Assembly (NCBI GenBank): GCA_964637915.1
Contig: CAZWXN010000002.1
Location: 1 to 56,466, forward strand
DNA: 56,466 bases
DNA from: an uncultured Nitrososphaeria archaeon
GTDB taxonomy: Archaea; Thermoproteota; Nitrososphaeria_A; Caldarchaeales; Wolframiiraptoraceae
Direction: 5' to 3'
Part shown: in pieces, positions 17,355-25,360 of the stretch
Layout of the letters: every line of letters starts with the position of its first letter
Numbering within the stretch: the first letter of the stretch is position 1
Notes under the pieces: model-generated
What the model was told of the DNA's origin: nothing
Database searches by the model: none
What the model saw: only the letters and a program-made list of their open reading frames with translations
Made by a program: the position numbers and the translations under genes

Positions 17355-17639
17355 ATGAGGGTTAAAGTGAAGTACTTCGCTTCGATGAGGGAGCTCTTCG
17401 GCGTTAGCGAGGAGGAGTATGAGGTTGAGAAGGGGGTTAAGCTCGTGGACCTGCTGCTCAATCATATTCCGAGTAGGCATGCACATGTGGCCGATATCTG
17501 GAGGAATAAGGTGGAGAGCTTCATGAAGGGCGAGGAGGCGAGCTACATAGTTATCGTGAATGGTGATAGGGCTAGGCTTGACCAAGAGCTGAAGGATGGC
17601 GACGTAGTCGCGGTTCTCCCGCCGGTTGGCGGGGGCTGA
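17355..17639 (+). CDS. moaD: MoaD/ThiS-family ubiquitin-like sulfur-carrier protein
   Basis: ~94 aa. MRVKVKYFASMRELFG..., C-terminal VAVLPPVGGG followed by stop (Gly-Gly terminus). It is adjacent to moaE. Confidence 0.8.
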   Translation: MRVKVKYFASMRELFGVSEEEYEVEKGVKLVDLLLNHIPSRHAHVADIWRNKVESFMKGEEASYIVIVNGDRARLDQELKDGDVVAVLPPVGGG

Positions 17640-17641
17640 GA

Positions 17642-18103
17642 CTACCCCCCGGAAACCCAGTACTCCCCCTCATCAGTTATCTCCTTCTTCCATATTGCCG
17701 CCTCTCTCTTCATCCTCTCGACCGCGTCTCTCAGCGTATTGAAAACCTCTTCTCTATGGGCTCCAGCTACCACGATGTAGACTATGTCCTCTCCAACTGA
17801 GAGTTCTCCTACTATGTGATGTATTCTTACATCCACGATTCCAGGCCTCTCAAGTAGCTCTTGTGCGATGCGTTTTAGGCTCTTCTCGGCCTCCTCGCGA
17901 TATGCCTCAAGGACCAGCTTTCTAACCCTCCCACCTCTCATGCCTCTGCCTCTGACAATTCCTATGAAGCATGCGATTGCTCCCGCCTCGCCAAGCTCCG
18001 GGTTCTCTCTAACCCTCCTAAGTATCTCCTCGAGGGTTATCTCGCCCTTCCCATGCACGCCGACACTATAGGCACCCATGACCTTTACCACCCATAACAC
18101 CAT
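17642..18103 (-). CDS. moaE: molybdopterin synthase catalytic subunit
   Basis: GAIACFIGIVRG..., LEAYREEAEK, RIHHIVGELSVGEDIVYIVVAGAHREEVF and AAIWKKE motifs typical of MoaE. It is convergent with moaD; the stop codons are 2 nt apart. Confidence 0.85.
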   Translation of the reverse strand: MVLWVVKVMGAYSVGVHGKGEITLEEILRRVRENPELGEAGAIACFIGIVRGRGMRGGRVRKLVLEAYREEAEKSLKRIAQELLERPGIVDVRIHHIVGELSVGEDIVYIVVAGAHREEVFNTLRDAVERMKREAAIWKKEITDEGEYWVSGG

Positions 18104-18179
18104 CTTTAATGATGTCTTGAGCCTTCTAAGAACCTTCCTTAGGCGCTGCTGGAGGCCTCAGCAATGCCTTAAATAATAA

Positions 18180-18593
18180 TTGCGTTTAGGAATTATCTCA
18201 GGGCTTGGTTTGAGGCGTGGTCGCGGGGGCTTAAGCGAGCTTTTATCGGCGCTTATCCTCCTCAGCATCTCCATAGCTGTAGCGTTCATTATGGTGTATT
18301 ATCTGCCCGTTGTATCGCCTCCCAGCGTTAAGCCTTGGCTAAGGCCAACCCTGATAACCGCATTCGAGGACTCGGATAACGTGAAGATCTATCTCTACAA
18401 CCCACACTCAGAGAACATAAAGGTGGTTGAAGCGTGGATCGGCGACACGAGGCTCACGCCAGATTGCCCTGATAACGAGTGTATTATCGAGCCGAGAACA
18501 TATGAAATTGTAACAATAAGCGTCTCCGGATCCGTATCTTCCATTCTCCTGAGGTTTGATACTGGCGCCTGGATGGAGGTAAGATTTGGTTGA
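18180..18593 (+). CDS. type IV pilin-like protein with putative archaeal class III signal peptide
   Basis: The N-terminus RRGRGGLSELLSALILLSISIAVAFIMVYY is a basic stretch, Gly, then ~20 hydrophobic residues. The likely true start is TTG 18210 (MRRGRGG...), with TATA-like TTAAATAATAA at 18169-18179. It is the first gene of an ATPase/platform locus. Confidence 0.55.
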   Translation: MRLGIISGLGLRRGRGGLSELLSALILLSISIAVAFIMVYYLPVVSPPSVKPWLRPTLITAFEDSDNVKIYLYNPHSENIKVVEAWIGDTRLTPDCPDNECIIEPRTYEIVTISVSGSVSSILLRFDTGAWMEVRFG

Positions 18594-18689
18594 TAGCTGG
18601 GAATTTTGAGGGTATATCTTGCTCATCCCATCCGCTCCACCCAGTTATATCTATCGTGTTCTACGACATTATTGGAGGAGGTGTTTTGG

Positions 18690-20027
18690 TTGGCTGAGCT
18701 GAAGGGTGAAAAGGAGGTTTCTAGGGTTTTCGCGGAGTATCATGTTGGTGATGCTGTTGTCAGGCTTAGGCAGCGGGATAACGCGTTATTCTATGAGGTT
18801 GAGGAGCCCGCCTTGACGGAGAGGGTTAGGAAGCTCTTGGATCAGGCCATGGATGAGTATGTGAAGAGGGGGATTGAGCCTGAAAAGCTTGCCGAGAAGT
18901 ACTCAAAGAGGCTTGGGTCATCCGAGGCCCTCGCATTCAGATATTATCTCCTGAGGGAGCTTAAGGGGTTCTCGAAGCTTCATGTCTTCATGTATGATGA
19001 TCAGATAGAGGATTTCACGATAACGATGCCCGGGCCCGTGAGGCTGATTCATAGGCTTGCGCCCCATTATGAGTGGATTGAGAGTAACGTAGTTGTTGAG
19101 TCGGATGAGGAGCTGGATAGGCTGGTCAAGCTAGTAGTCGAGAGGTCTGGTGGGTCGATAACCCCCGCGAGCCCTGTCGTCGAGATACTTACGCCGAGCT
19201 TTGATAGGGTTGCGGGTGTCTTGAGGGGTGAGGTCTCACTACACTCGAGTATAACTGTCAGGAAGTTCCCGAGGCGGCCATATAGCCTTGCGAGGCTGGT
19301 GAGGCTTGGGACTCTTAACTCAGAGGTTGCAGCGGCCCTCTGGCTCGCCGTCGAGCTCAAGTGCAATGTGATCATCGCGGGGCTTACTGGAAGCGGTAAG
19401 ACGACTCTGCTAAACTCCCTCCTACTCCAGCTACCCAGAAACTATAAGATCGTGACCATCGAGGAGCACCCCGAGATAAATCTTAAGGATCATCCGGGCT
19501 GGCTCCCCCTCTATGCTAGGCTTCCAACGAGCCCGGCCGCGAGGCAGACGGCCATACCATTGACGCAGCTATTGAAGGCCGCGCTTAGGCATAGACCGAC
19601 GGTGATAGCTGTCGGGGAGGCTAGGGCTGAGGAGGTTCAGGACATGATCACGGCGGCGTCCGTGGGGCATGGGACCGCCACAACTCTCCACACAGACAAC
19701 CTCGACCACATGTTGAAAAGGCTCACAAGCCACCCCATGAACCTGAGACCCGATCAGTTGGCCCTGATAGACTACGCCGTCTTCATAGTCAGGATGCCCG
19801 ATGGCAGGCGGCGTGTAAAGGAGATCTATGAGAACATATCGGGAAACTGGGAGCTCGTCTACGACTATGAGAGCAGGAAGTTCAAGCTTCCGGAGAAGAT
19901 AGGCCAGAAGCTCGCCACGACCCATCGGGGCCTCGAGCCTTATGAGCTGGCGGCTCTAGAGATTAGGAGGAGGGCTGAGCAGCTCAGGGCTCAGGCTAGG
20001 AGGGAGGAGGTGGTGACGACTGTTTAA
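18690..20027 (+). CDS. type II/IV secretion-system ATPase (FlaI/PilB/VirB11/TadA family), pilus assembly ATPase
   Basis: Walker A GLTGSGKTT, Asp box TIEEHPE, Walker B PTVIAVGEARAEE, His box GHGTATTLH. I place the start at TTG 18690 because GGAGGAGGTG (18674-18683) precedes it by 6 nt. The track ORF extends to 18606. Confidence 0.9.
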   Translation: MAELKGEKEVSRVFAEYHVGDAVVRLRQRDNALFYEVEEPALTERVRKLLDQAMDEYVKRGIEPEKLAEKYSKRLGSSEALAFRYYLLRELKGFSKLHVFMYDDQIEDFTITMPGPVRLIHRLAPHYEWIESNVVVESDEELDRLVKLVVERSGGSITPASPVVEILTPSFDRVAGVLRGEVSLHSSITVRKFPRRPYSLARLVRLGTLNSEVAAALWLAVELKCNVIIAGLTGSGKTTLLNSLLLQLPRNYKIVTIEEHPEINLKDHPGWLPLYARLPTSPAARQTAIPLTQLLKAALRHRPTVIAVGEARAEEVQDMITAASVGHGTATTLHTDNLDHMLKRLTSHPMNLRPDQLALIDYAVFIVRMPDGRRRVKEIYENISGNWELVYDYESRKFKLPEKIGQKLATTHRGLEPYELAALEIRRRAEQLRAQARREEVVTTV

Positions 20028-20064
20028 TCAGCTCCTAGGATACCTACTCAACATAAATACCCTG

Positions 20065-21432
20065 ATGATTAGCGCGCTGATAGTTCTTCTAGCCCTGCTC
20101 CCGATAGCGTTGAAGAAGGAGAGGGCTGCAAGGCTCGAGGAGGAGCTCCCAATATTCCTGAGCTATCTCTATGCGAGGCTTGAGGCTGGATGGAGCTTGA
20201 GAAGGGCTCTGGAGGCTGCGGCGGCTGAGAAGACGCTCATGCCAGCATTCCATGAGGAGGCCGCGAGGATAATTAGGCTGGCTGAGAGGAAGGGTGATTT
20301 GCCGGGAGCTCTACTCGATTACAAGACGCCAAGCCCGAGAGTCACGAATATTCTCAGGTCGATTGGTGAGGAGGCTTTCACGGGCTTCGACCCGGCTACG
20401 AGGGTTCAGGTCCTGCTTTGGGATGAGGAGGAATATGCCGCTGAGCGGGCTAGGAAGAAGGCTGAGAGCGCGGAAAACTTGGCCGAGGCTAGCCTAACCG
20501 TCATGATCCTTATCCCATTATTCATATCATTTACGGCATTCTTCGGCGGGAGCCTCGAGCTAATCTTCCCAATAGTCGTGTTATCCTCGATCGCGACATA
20601 CATAGCCTCCGTGGCCCTCCAAGGCGTCCCGATAGTAATTCTTTCGTCTAAGGTTAGGAGGATTATACCGGCTCAACTCGCCCTGATAGCCGCCGCGATC
20701 GCCATCTCGATCCCGGCGAGGGGGCTCTCGCTCGCCAATCCGATGATATACCTCGGACTGGGCGCTGGGCTGGTAGTCCTTTCGATACCGGCAGGCCATG
20801 AGGTTAGGAAGGCGATCTTGGAGATGGAGGGTGGGCATCTGCTGGCGCAGGGATTGGCCACAAAGCTCCAGCTCGGCTACCCGGTCGAGAGATCGTTCCA
20901 GCTCATCCGAGATGGAAGGGTTGTGGAGCAGGTTAGGAGGGTCTCGCTGGGGATTGAGACTGATCCGAGGAGTAGGCAGCTTCACCTCGTCCTCTCGACG
21001 ATTAAGGTTGTGAGGGATAGCGGTGCTGGTGGGAAGGCGCTCGAGATCGTGGCTAGGACTGCCCAGAGGCTCTACCACGCATACCGGGATCTACGAAGCA
21101 GGCTCAGATTCTATGAGATAATCAGCATGGCGGCCGGCCCCATAGTTCTAGTAATGAGCTTCGCGATAACTAGGCCTCTTAAGGAGTTCTCCGCGAGATA
21201 TGCTGCCACGGTGGCGGAGGGCGGTATGAGCATCCAGCTAGCCCCCCTCTTCGGCGGAGCCGCCCTCGAGAATATTGGAGCTCTCCTGCTTCCAGTAAGC
21301 ATTCTCCTAGCCCTAATCCTCGGGCTGGCAGTCTCGAAGCTCTGCGACCACACCGTGGCCAGCACTTGGAGGTCTGGGGTCGGCGTTATCGCCACTACCT
21401 TGATATACCTGGCTTTAGAGCCCTATTGGTGA
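20065..21432 (+). CDS. FlaJ/PilC/TadC-like polytopic membrane platform protein (T2SS-F-type domains)
   Basis: 455 aa. It has two soluble helical segments (LPIFLSYLYARLEAGWSLRRALEAAA...; ...GHLLAQGLATKLQLGYPVERSF...), each followed by hydrophobic helices. It sits immediately after the secretion ATPase. Confidence 0.7.
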   Translation: MISALIVLLALLPIALKKERAARLEEELPIFLSYLYARLEAGWSLRRALEAAAAEKTLMPAFHEEAARIIRLAERKGDLPGALLDYKTPSPRVTNILRSIGEEAFTGFDPATRVQVLLWDEEEYAAERARKKAESAENLAEASLTVMILIPLFISFTAFFGGSLELIFPIVVLSSIATYIASVALQGVPIVILSSKVRRIIPAQLALIAAAIAISIPARGLSLANPMIYLGLGAGLVVLSIPAGHEVRKAILEMEGGHLLAQGLATKLQLGYPVERSFQLIRDGRVVEQVRRVSLGIETDPRSRQLHLVLSTIKVVRDSGAGGKALEIVARTAQRLYHAYRDLRSRLRFYEIISMAAGPIVLVMSFAITRPLKEFSARYAATVAEGGMSIQLAPLFGGAALENIGALLLPVSILLALILGLAVSKLCDHTVASTWRSGVGVIATTLIYLALEPYW

Positions 21433-21454
21433 GCCGCGTTAAGGGTAGAGGGGA

Positions 21455-22555
21455 ATGAGTCCAACTGATATCCTCCAGCTCCTGCAAAGGCTCGAGGTCC
21501 TGATAATTATAGCGGCATCCATAGCGGTGATCATAACTGTGATCATAATGTTGAGGAAGAGGGGGAGGGGTGAAAAGAGGTCGAGCGCCTTGGAGGGGCT
21601 GGATTCTATTAAGGTGATCTCGGGACTCGAGGAGGCCGTGGGAGAAGAGAAGCCGGCGCTCACAGAGAAGGGTGCGGGGGAACTCTCCGAGGAGGAGCTT
21701 TCTAAGCTCGAGGCAAGAGTCATAGAATCTCTGATGATTAGGGGTGCTCTTAGGCCCCTCCCAATCCCTGGCAGCAAGGAGGGTGGTCATTACCCGGAGC
21801 TCGCAGGAGCCTCAGAGAGGGATGCACAGCGCGTGATCAGGGGGCTTATCGAGAAGGGCTTGGTAATTGAGGCTGAGAGGGAATTCTCGGCAGTCGCCTG
21901 CCCGATATGCGGCTCGTGCATGCAAGTAGCATTTATATCATGTAGGAATTGCGGCTCATTCAGGATTGAAGAGACGAGATACTATAGGCATACATGCGGC
22001 TACATTGGGCCCGAGTCAAGCTTCAAGACCAAGCTCGGGTTCATCTGCCCACACTGCGGGGGGACAGAGAACATAGAAGCCTATTATAGGAGGTATCGGT
22101 GCCCTGATTGTGGTGCCGAGTTCGAGGAGCCTAATATCGCGTTCAGGTGCGGGTCATGTGGTTCACTCTATGATGAGCAAACTATGGAGATCAAGCCGTT
22201 CAGGAGGATAGAGTCATCAAGGGAGATGCTGGCCGAGTATGAGAAGATTAGCAACGCCGTCAATAAACAGATCGAGCTCCTGAAGCAGCGGGGATATGAG
22301 GTTGAAGGGCCTGTAAGCCTAGTGGGAGAGTCCGGCGTCATCCACAAGTTCGCTGCGGTTGCCAAGAGGGGTGATGAGACCATAGCAATTATATCATCCT
22401 TCGGCGAGCCCCTGACACAGGTCTTGATAAGGCTCGGCGTGGCTAGAAGCGACCTAAAGCTAGGCAAGATAATTCTCGTGACAAGCAATAGGCCGACCGC
22501 GCCGGAAAGGGAGTTCGCGAGGAGCCTCGGGATAGAGATCGTCGAGGTGGCTTAG
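21455..22555 (+). CDS. uncharacterised N-terminally anchored protein with five CxxC motifs (Zn-ribbon cluster) and an unassigned C-terminal domain
   Basis: 366 aa. TM helix aa 14-33 followed by RKRGRGEKR. A possible wHTH-like segment (SERDAQRVIRGLIEKGLVIEAE). CPIC, CRNC, CPHC, CPDC and CGSC lie between aa 149-235 (21899-22159). The C-terminal ~90 aa are GYEVEGPVSLVGESGVIHKFAAVAKRGDETIAII... It is the last gene of the pilus-like locus (22-nt gap). Confidence 0.6.
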   Translation: MSPTDILQLLQRLEVLIIIAASIAVIITVIIMLRKRGRGEKRSSALEGLDSIKVISGLEEAVGEEKPALTEKGAGELSEEELSKLEARVIESLMIRGALRPLPIPGSKEGGHYPELAGASERDAQRVIRGLIEKGLVIEAEREFSAVACPICGSCMQVAFISCRNCGSFRIEETRYYRHTCGYIGPESSFKTKLGFICPHCGGTENIEAYYRRYRCPDCGAEFEEPNIAFRCGSCGSLYDEQTMEIKPFRRIESSREMLAEYEKISNAVNKQIELLKQRGYEVEGPVSLVGESGVIHKFAAVAKRGDETIAIISSFGEPLTQVLIRLGVARSDLKLGKIILVTSNRPTAPEREFARSLGIEIVEVA

Positions 22556-22556
22556 G

Positions 22557-25109
22557 CTACTGAGCCTCCATCCTCGCAGAGGCCCTGATCCTTCTAATGA
22601 TCATTCTCAGGATCACCGGTATCGCTGTTATGGCTGCCAGCGCTGACACGAGTATTATGAAGCCCTGGAATGGAAGTATGAGGCCGAGGAGGTTTATGGC
22701 CTCAAGCTCTATGATCGCGGTCTCTCCTGGGCGGATGACCTTGCTCATTTTTAGCGGCCCATGCCAGACCTCCAGCTGATACGCGCTGAGATATGGTATC
22801 CCGGAGAATACTGCAACTCCATCAGGGCCCGATCTCCCTTCACCTAGAACTATTCCTGAGACCTGTAGTCTCGCGGATACTCCGGGAAGCGGGGTCCCAA
22901 GCATGTCAACCACCTTAACAGCAACCCCCGTCAGCCTAACCTCAATCTCAACGGGTTCTCCGGCGAATGTAACATTCCCGGAGAATATTGGAACCGTTGT
23001 CCCAGGATAATATATCTTCAGGCTATAGTTCGCGAAAGGCATTAGGCTGAAGACTATCATGCCCTGCTTATCCGTGAGACCTTCACCCTTCAGGCCGGCG
23101 GGGCCTATCAACACGACCCTAGCATTGGAGACTGGCGCGCCGCCGCTCCATAATATCCTAAGCACCATATCCTTCACCGGTAGCTTGATCACATTAATGC
23201 CCGCAAGCTCCTCGATGCTCGTATTCCATGAAAGGAGCATCAGGTTCCGCTCATCCGAGATCATGAGGCTGCATGAGCCGCGTGGAACAAGTTCTATGGT
23301 GATCGAGTCGGATTGTCGCCCTACCTCATGCTTATGGCCGGATGGGTCTATGAGGATCCAGAATGCGGGGAATGGCCGCCCATCCGCTGTCTTGAGCTCG
23401 ATCCTGATATTATACACGTCGGCCGTTATGTTCCAGGATCCGGAGCCTGAGATGGTTATCCGGTCATCATACACTTCGATACCCTGCCACATTATCTTGA
23501 CGCGATACTCTCCTTCTGGGATGCCTGGAAAGCTCACGTATCCCCAGCGATCAGCCCTGGCCTCGATGCCGCCAAGCATCACCGAGGCGTTGCCGAGCTC
23601 AATGCCGTCCTTCGCGCATATATGAAGTGTTACCGAGTGGAGGGGTAGCTGGAGCTCTGAGGGCCTCCCCGGCTGGAAGACCCCTGAAGCCTCGGCGCAT
23701 GTCCTGAGTACAGTGGAGCAGTTTAGCGCATGCACATGATAATCGCCCACTATTATCTGGGTTATGTTCAGAAGCCCTGAGCTCGAGTATAGCCTTGTCT
23801 CAGGCAGCGCTCCACGGGGGTCGAGCACCGTGAAGTTCACGGCTAGTGGTGATCCACCACTATCAACAGCCTGGACGAGCAGATCATCAACCGGGAGAAT
23901 CAGCTTGAGCTTGGGCTCCTTGATCTCCGGCGAGATTGTCGGGTGATATCCGATCCAAACCCATTCATCTAGAAGCTTTACACCCATCCAGTATGCTTGT
24001 AGGGAGTGGTTTCCATTCGGGACCAGCTGATATAATGTTAAGCCGTTTTCAGCAACCACCTCAACTCCGTCCAAGATTATCCTCGCGCCATTCAGCGGCC
24101 TCTCCCTCAAATCAAGCGCCCTAACCTCTACGTTAAAGAGAAGCGTTCTAACACCCTTTGATGCGAGATCATAAGCCGTATGATGGTCTATGTGCACAAG
24201 CGGTGACTCCTGCATGAAGAGGCTGCTATTCCAGTATACTCTCACCTCATAATAATCCTCTTCAAGCCTGTAGATTCTTATAGTCCCATTATCTGGGGTG
24301 ATATGCTCCCTAACATCATAATAGTGCATGAGCCTCCTGATCACGACCTTAGCGCCAGAGATGGGGTTCAAGCCATCATAATCCGTTACCGTGAGGTTAA
24401 AGCTCCTATAGGGCTGGATCTCGAAGGGCCCATGAGTTGGATAAGCCTCGAGGGTGTAATCTATCCACCCGGGATAATGGACCCTCAGATCCATGACGGG
24501 CTTGAGAAACCGCTCTTCCGGGTATATGTCTGGTGGAATGAATACGTTAAACTCGAGCACAATGGATGATCCGTGGCTGCGCCCGTTAAGTATGTAATCT
24601 ATGGGGTTGAAGGCCTTAAGCTCGACATTAGCATCAGCCCTAAACGCCCAATCCCTTCCAGGATGCTTCCTCCAAGGGAACCAGAGCAGGGCATGATAGA
24701 GCTTTATGGACTTTCCTTGACAAGCTTCTTTTATCGTCAACTTCGCATCAAAGTATACCTGGCCGCCAAAGCCATAAGCATTCTTTATCTTGTAATCATA
24801 ATTTTTTATCCAGCCGCCTTCCATCATCTCCTGAGCCCTATTCAAGATAAGCTCAAGATCCTGCTCAGGGATTCCTTTAAACTCCTTTTCAAAGGGTTTA
24901 TCCGAAGGCTGCCTTGAGGAGCAGTCCATATTCGTTATGTTTGCTTTCAGCTTCCCCCACTCCCCCATGTACAATTCTGCTGGGAGGAGCTCGATTGAGA
25001 AGTTCCATATTGGCTGCGCGTTTGACGGTGTTATAGCTAGCTGGAGCGCGGAGAGGAAGGAGGATAATATCATGAGACAGAGGAGGATCGTGGAGATGCT
25101 GGAGCGCAT
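22557..25109 (-). CDS. large cell-surface protein: signal peptide, multiple CarboxypepD_reg/PEGA-like beta-sandwich repeats, C-terminal TM anchor
   Basis: 850 aa. Signal peptide ILLCLMILSSFLSALQLAITPSNA. A recurrent ~80-100-aa module is seen at least 5 times, e.g. GAKVVIRR...DNGTIRIYRLEEDYYEVRVYW, NGARIILDG...NGLTLYQLVPNGNHSLQAYW, NASVMLGG...WGYVSFPGIPEGEYRVKIMW, NARVVLIG...KQGMIVFSLMPFANYSLKIYY and VSARLQVS...DGVAVFSGIPYLSAYQLEVWH. Many N-x-S/T sequons. C-terminal TM helix plus the basic tail RMIIRRIRASAR. Confidence 0.7.
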   Translation of the reverse strand: MRSSISTILLCLMILSSFLSALQLAITPSNAQPIWNFSIELLPAELYMGEWGKLKANITNMDCSSRQPSDKPFEKEFKGIPEQDLELILNRAQEMMEGGWIKNYDYKIKNAYGFGGQVYFDAKLTIKEACQGKSIKLYHALLWFPWRKHPGRDWAFRADANVELKAFNPIDYILNGRSHGSSIVLEFNVFIPPDIYPEERFLKPVMDLRVHYPGWIDYTLEAYPTHGPFEIQPYRSFNLTVTDYDGLNPISGAKVVIRRLMHYYDVREHITPDNGTIRIYRLEEDYYEVRVYWNSSLFMQESPLVHIDHHTAYDLASKGVRTLLFNVEVRALDLRERPLNGARIILDGVEVVAENGLTLYQLVPNGNHSLQAYWMGVKLLDEWVWIGYHPTISPEIKEPKLKLILPVDDLLVQAVDSGGSPLAVNFTVLDPRGALPETRLYSSSGLLNITQIIVGDYHVHALNCSTVLRTCAEASGVFQPGRPSELQLPLHSVTLHICAKDGIELGNASVMLGGIEARADRWGYVSFPGIPEGEYRVKIMWQGIEVYDDRITISGSGSWNITADVYNIRIELKTADGRPFPAFWILIDPSGHKHEVGRQSDSITIELVPRGSCSLMISDERNLMLLSWNTSIEELAGINVIKLPVKDMVLRILWSGGAPVSNARVVLIGPAGLKGEGLTDKQGMIVFSLMPFANYSLKIYYPGTTVPIFSGNVTFAGEPVEIEVRLTGVAVKVVDMLGTPLPGVSARLQVSGIVLGEGRSGPDGVAVFSGIPYLSAYQLEVWHGPLKMSKVIRPGETAIIELEAINLLGLILPFQGFIILVSALAAITAIPVILRMIIRRIRASARMEAQ

Positions 25110-25173
25110 GCCCTTCTAACATGAGTATAGTGGCTGGAGATAAGCTTAGCAGCCCGGGCTTTCTCGAGCAAAT

Positions 25174-25183
25174 CTTATATACC
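25174..25183 (+). promoter_or_regulatory. TATA-like box CTTATATACC with an A-rich BRE-like GCAAAT on its + strand side (possibly bidirectional)
   Basis: This is the only strong TATA-like element in the 335-nt gap between the surface-protein gene (ATG 25109, minus) and the aro operon. It would place a + strand TSS near 25204, ~19 nt before ATG 25223. Confidence 0.35.
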
Positions 25184-25222
25184 ATCTGCGAGACGAATAT
25201 CCAAGCGCTCCAGGGGCGAATA

Positions 25223-25315
25223 ATGATGGACCATGCTGGGCATGCTTGCTTGAGCCGCTTTAACAGCCTCTGGAGCTACTGGTATTTTGGCTTCTATTAT
25301 TTTGCCCTGGCGTAA
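25223..25315 (+). promoter_or_regulatory. candidate leader-peptide ORF rich in Trp/Tyr/Phe codons upstream of the shikimate operon
   Basis: ATG ATG ... TAA encodes MMDHAGHACLSRFNSLWSYWYFGFYYFALA. Codons 25271-25303 read W S Y W Y F G F Y Y F. A weak SD AGGGG (25212-25216) lies 6 nt before the ATG. This is the C-terminal part of track ORF 25121..25315. Confidence 0.35.
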
Positions 25316-25324
25316 GGCCAGGGC
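25304..25324 (+). promoter_or_regulatory. perfect 8-bp GC-rich hairpin with the leader-ORF stop codon in its loop
   Basis: GCCCTGGC (25304-25311), loop GTAAG (25312-25316, containing TAA 25313-25315), GCCAGGGC (25317-25324). Confidence 0.5.
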
Positions 25325-25360
25325 CCCGCGCATGATTCCTTGGTTTTGGAGGTGTTCTAC

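Noticed and set aside
17628-17652. GC inverted repeat GGCGGGGGC...CCCCCCGG enclosing both the moaD and moaE stop codons, considered as a bidirectional terminator hairpin.
   Set aside because: The arms are the Gly codons of the two C-termini (…VGGG and …VSGG). The loop is ~9-10 nt and no T-tract follows on either strand. It is most simply a by-product of the coding sequence.
25304-25324. The GC hairpin considered as a fragment of a structured housekeeping RNA (SRP RNA, RNase P RNA).
   Set aside because: None of the conserved motifs I know for those RNAs occur in 25110-25445 (e.g. the GGAA/AGCA helix-8 elements of SRP RNA, or GAGGAAAGUCC of RNase P). The region is better explained as an mRNA leader.
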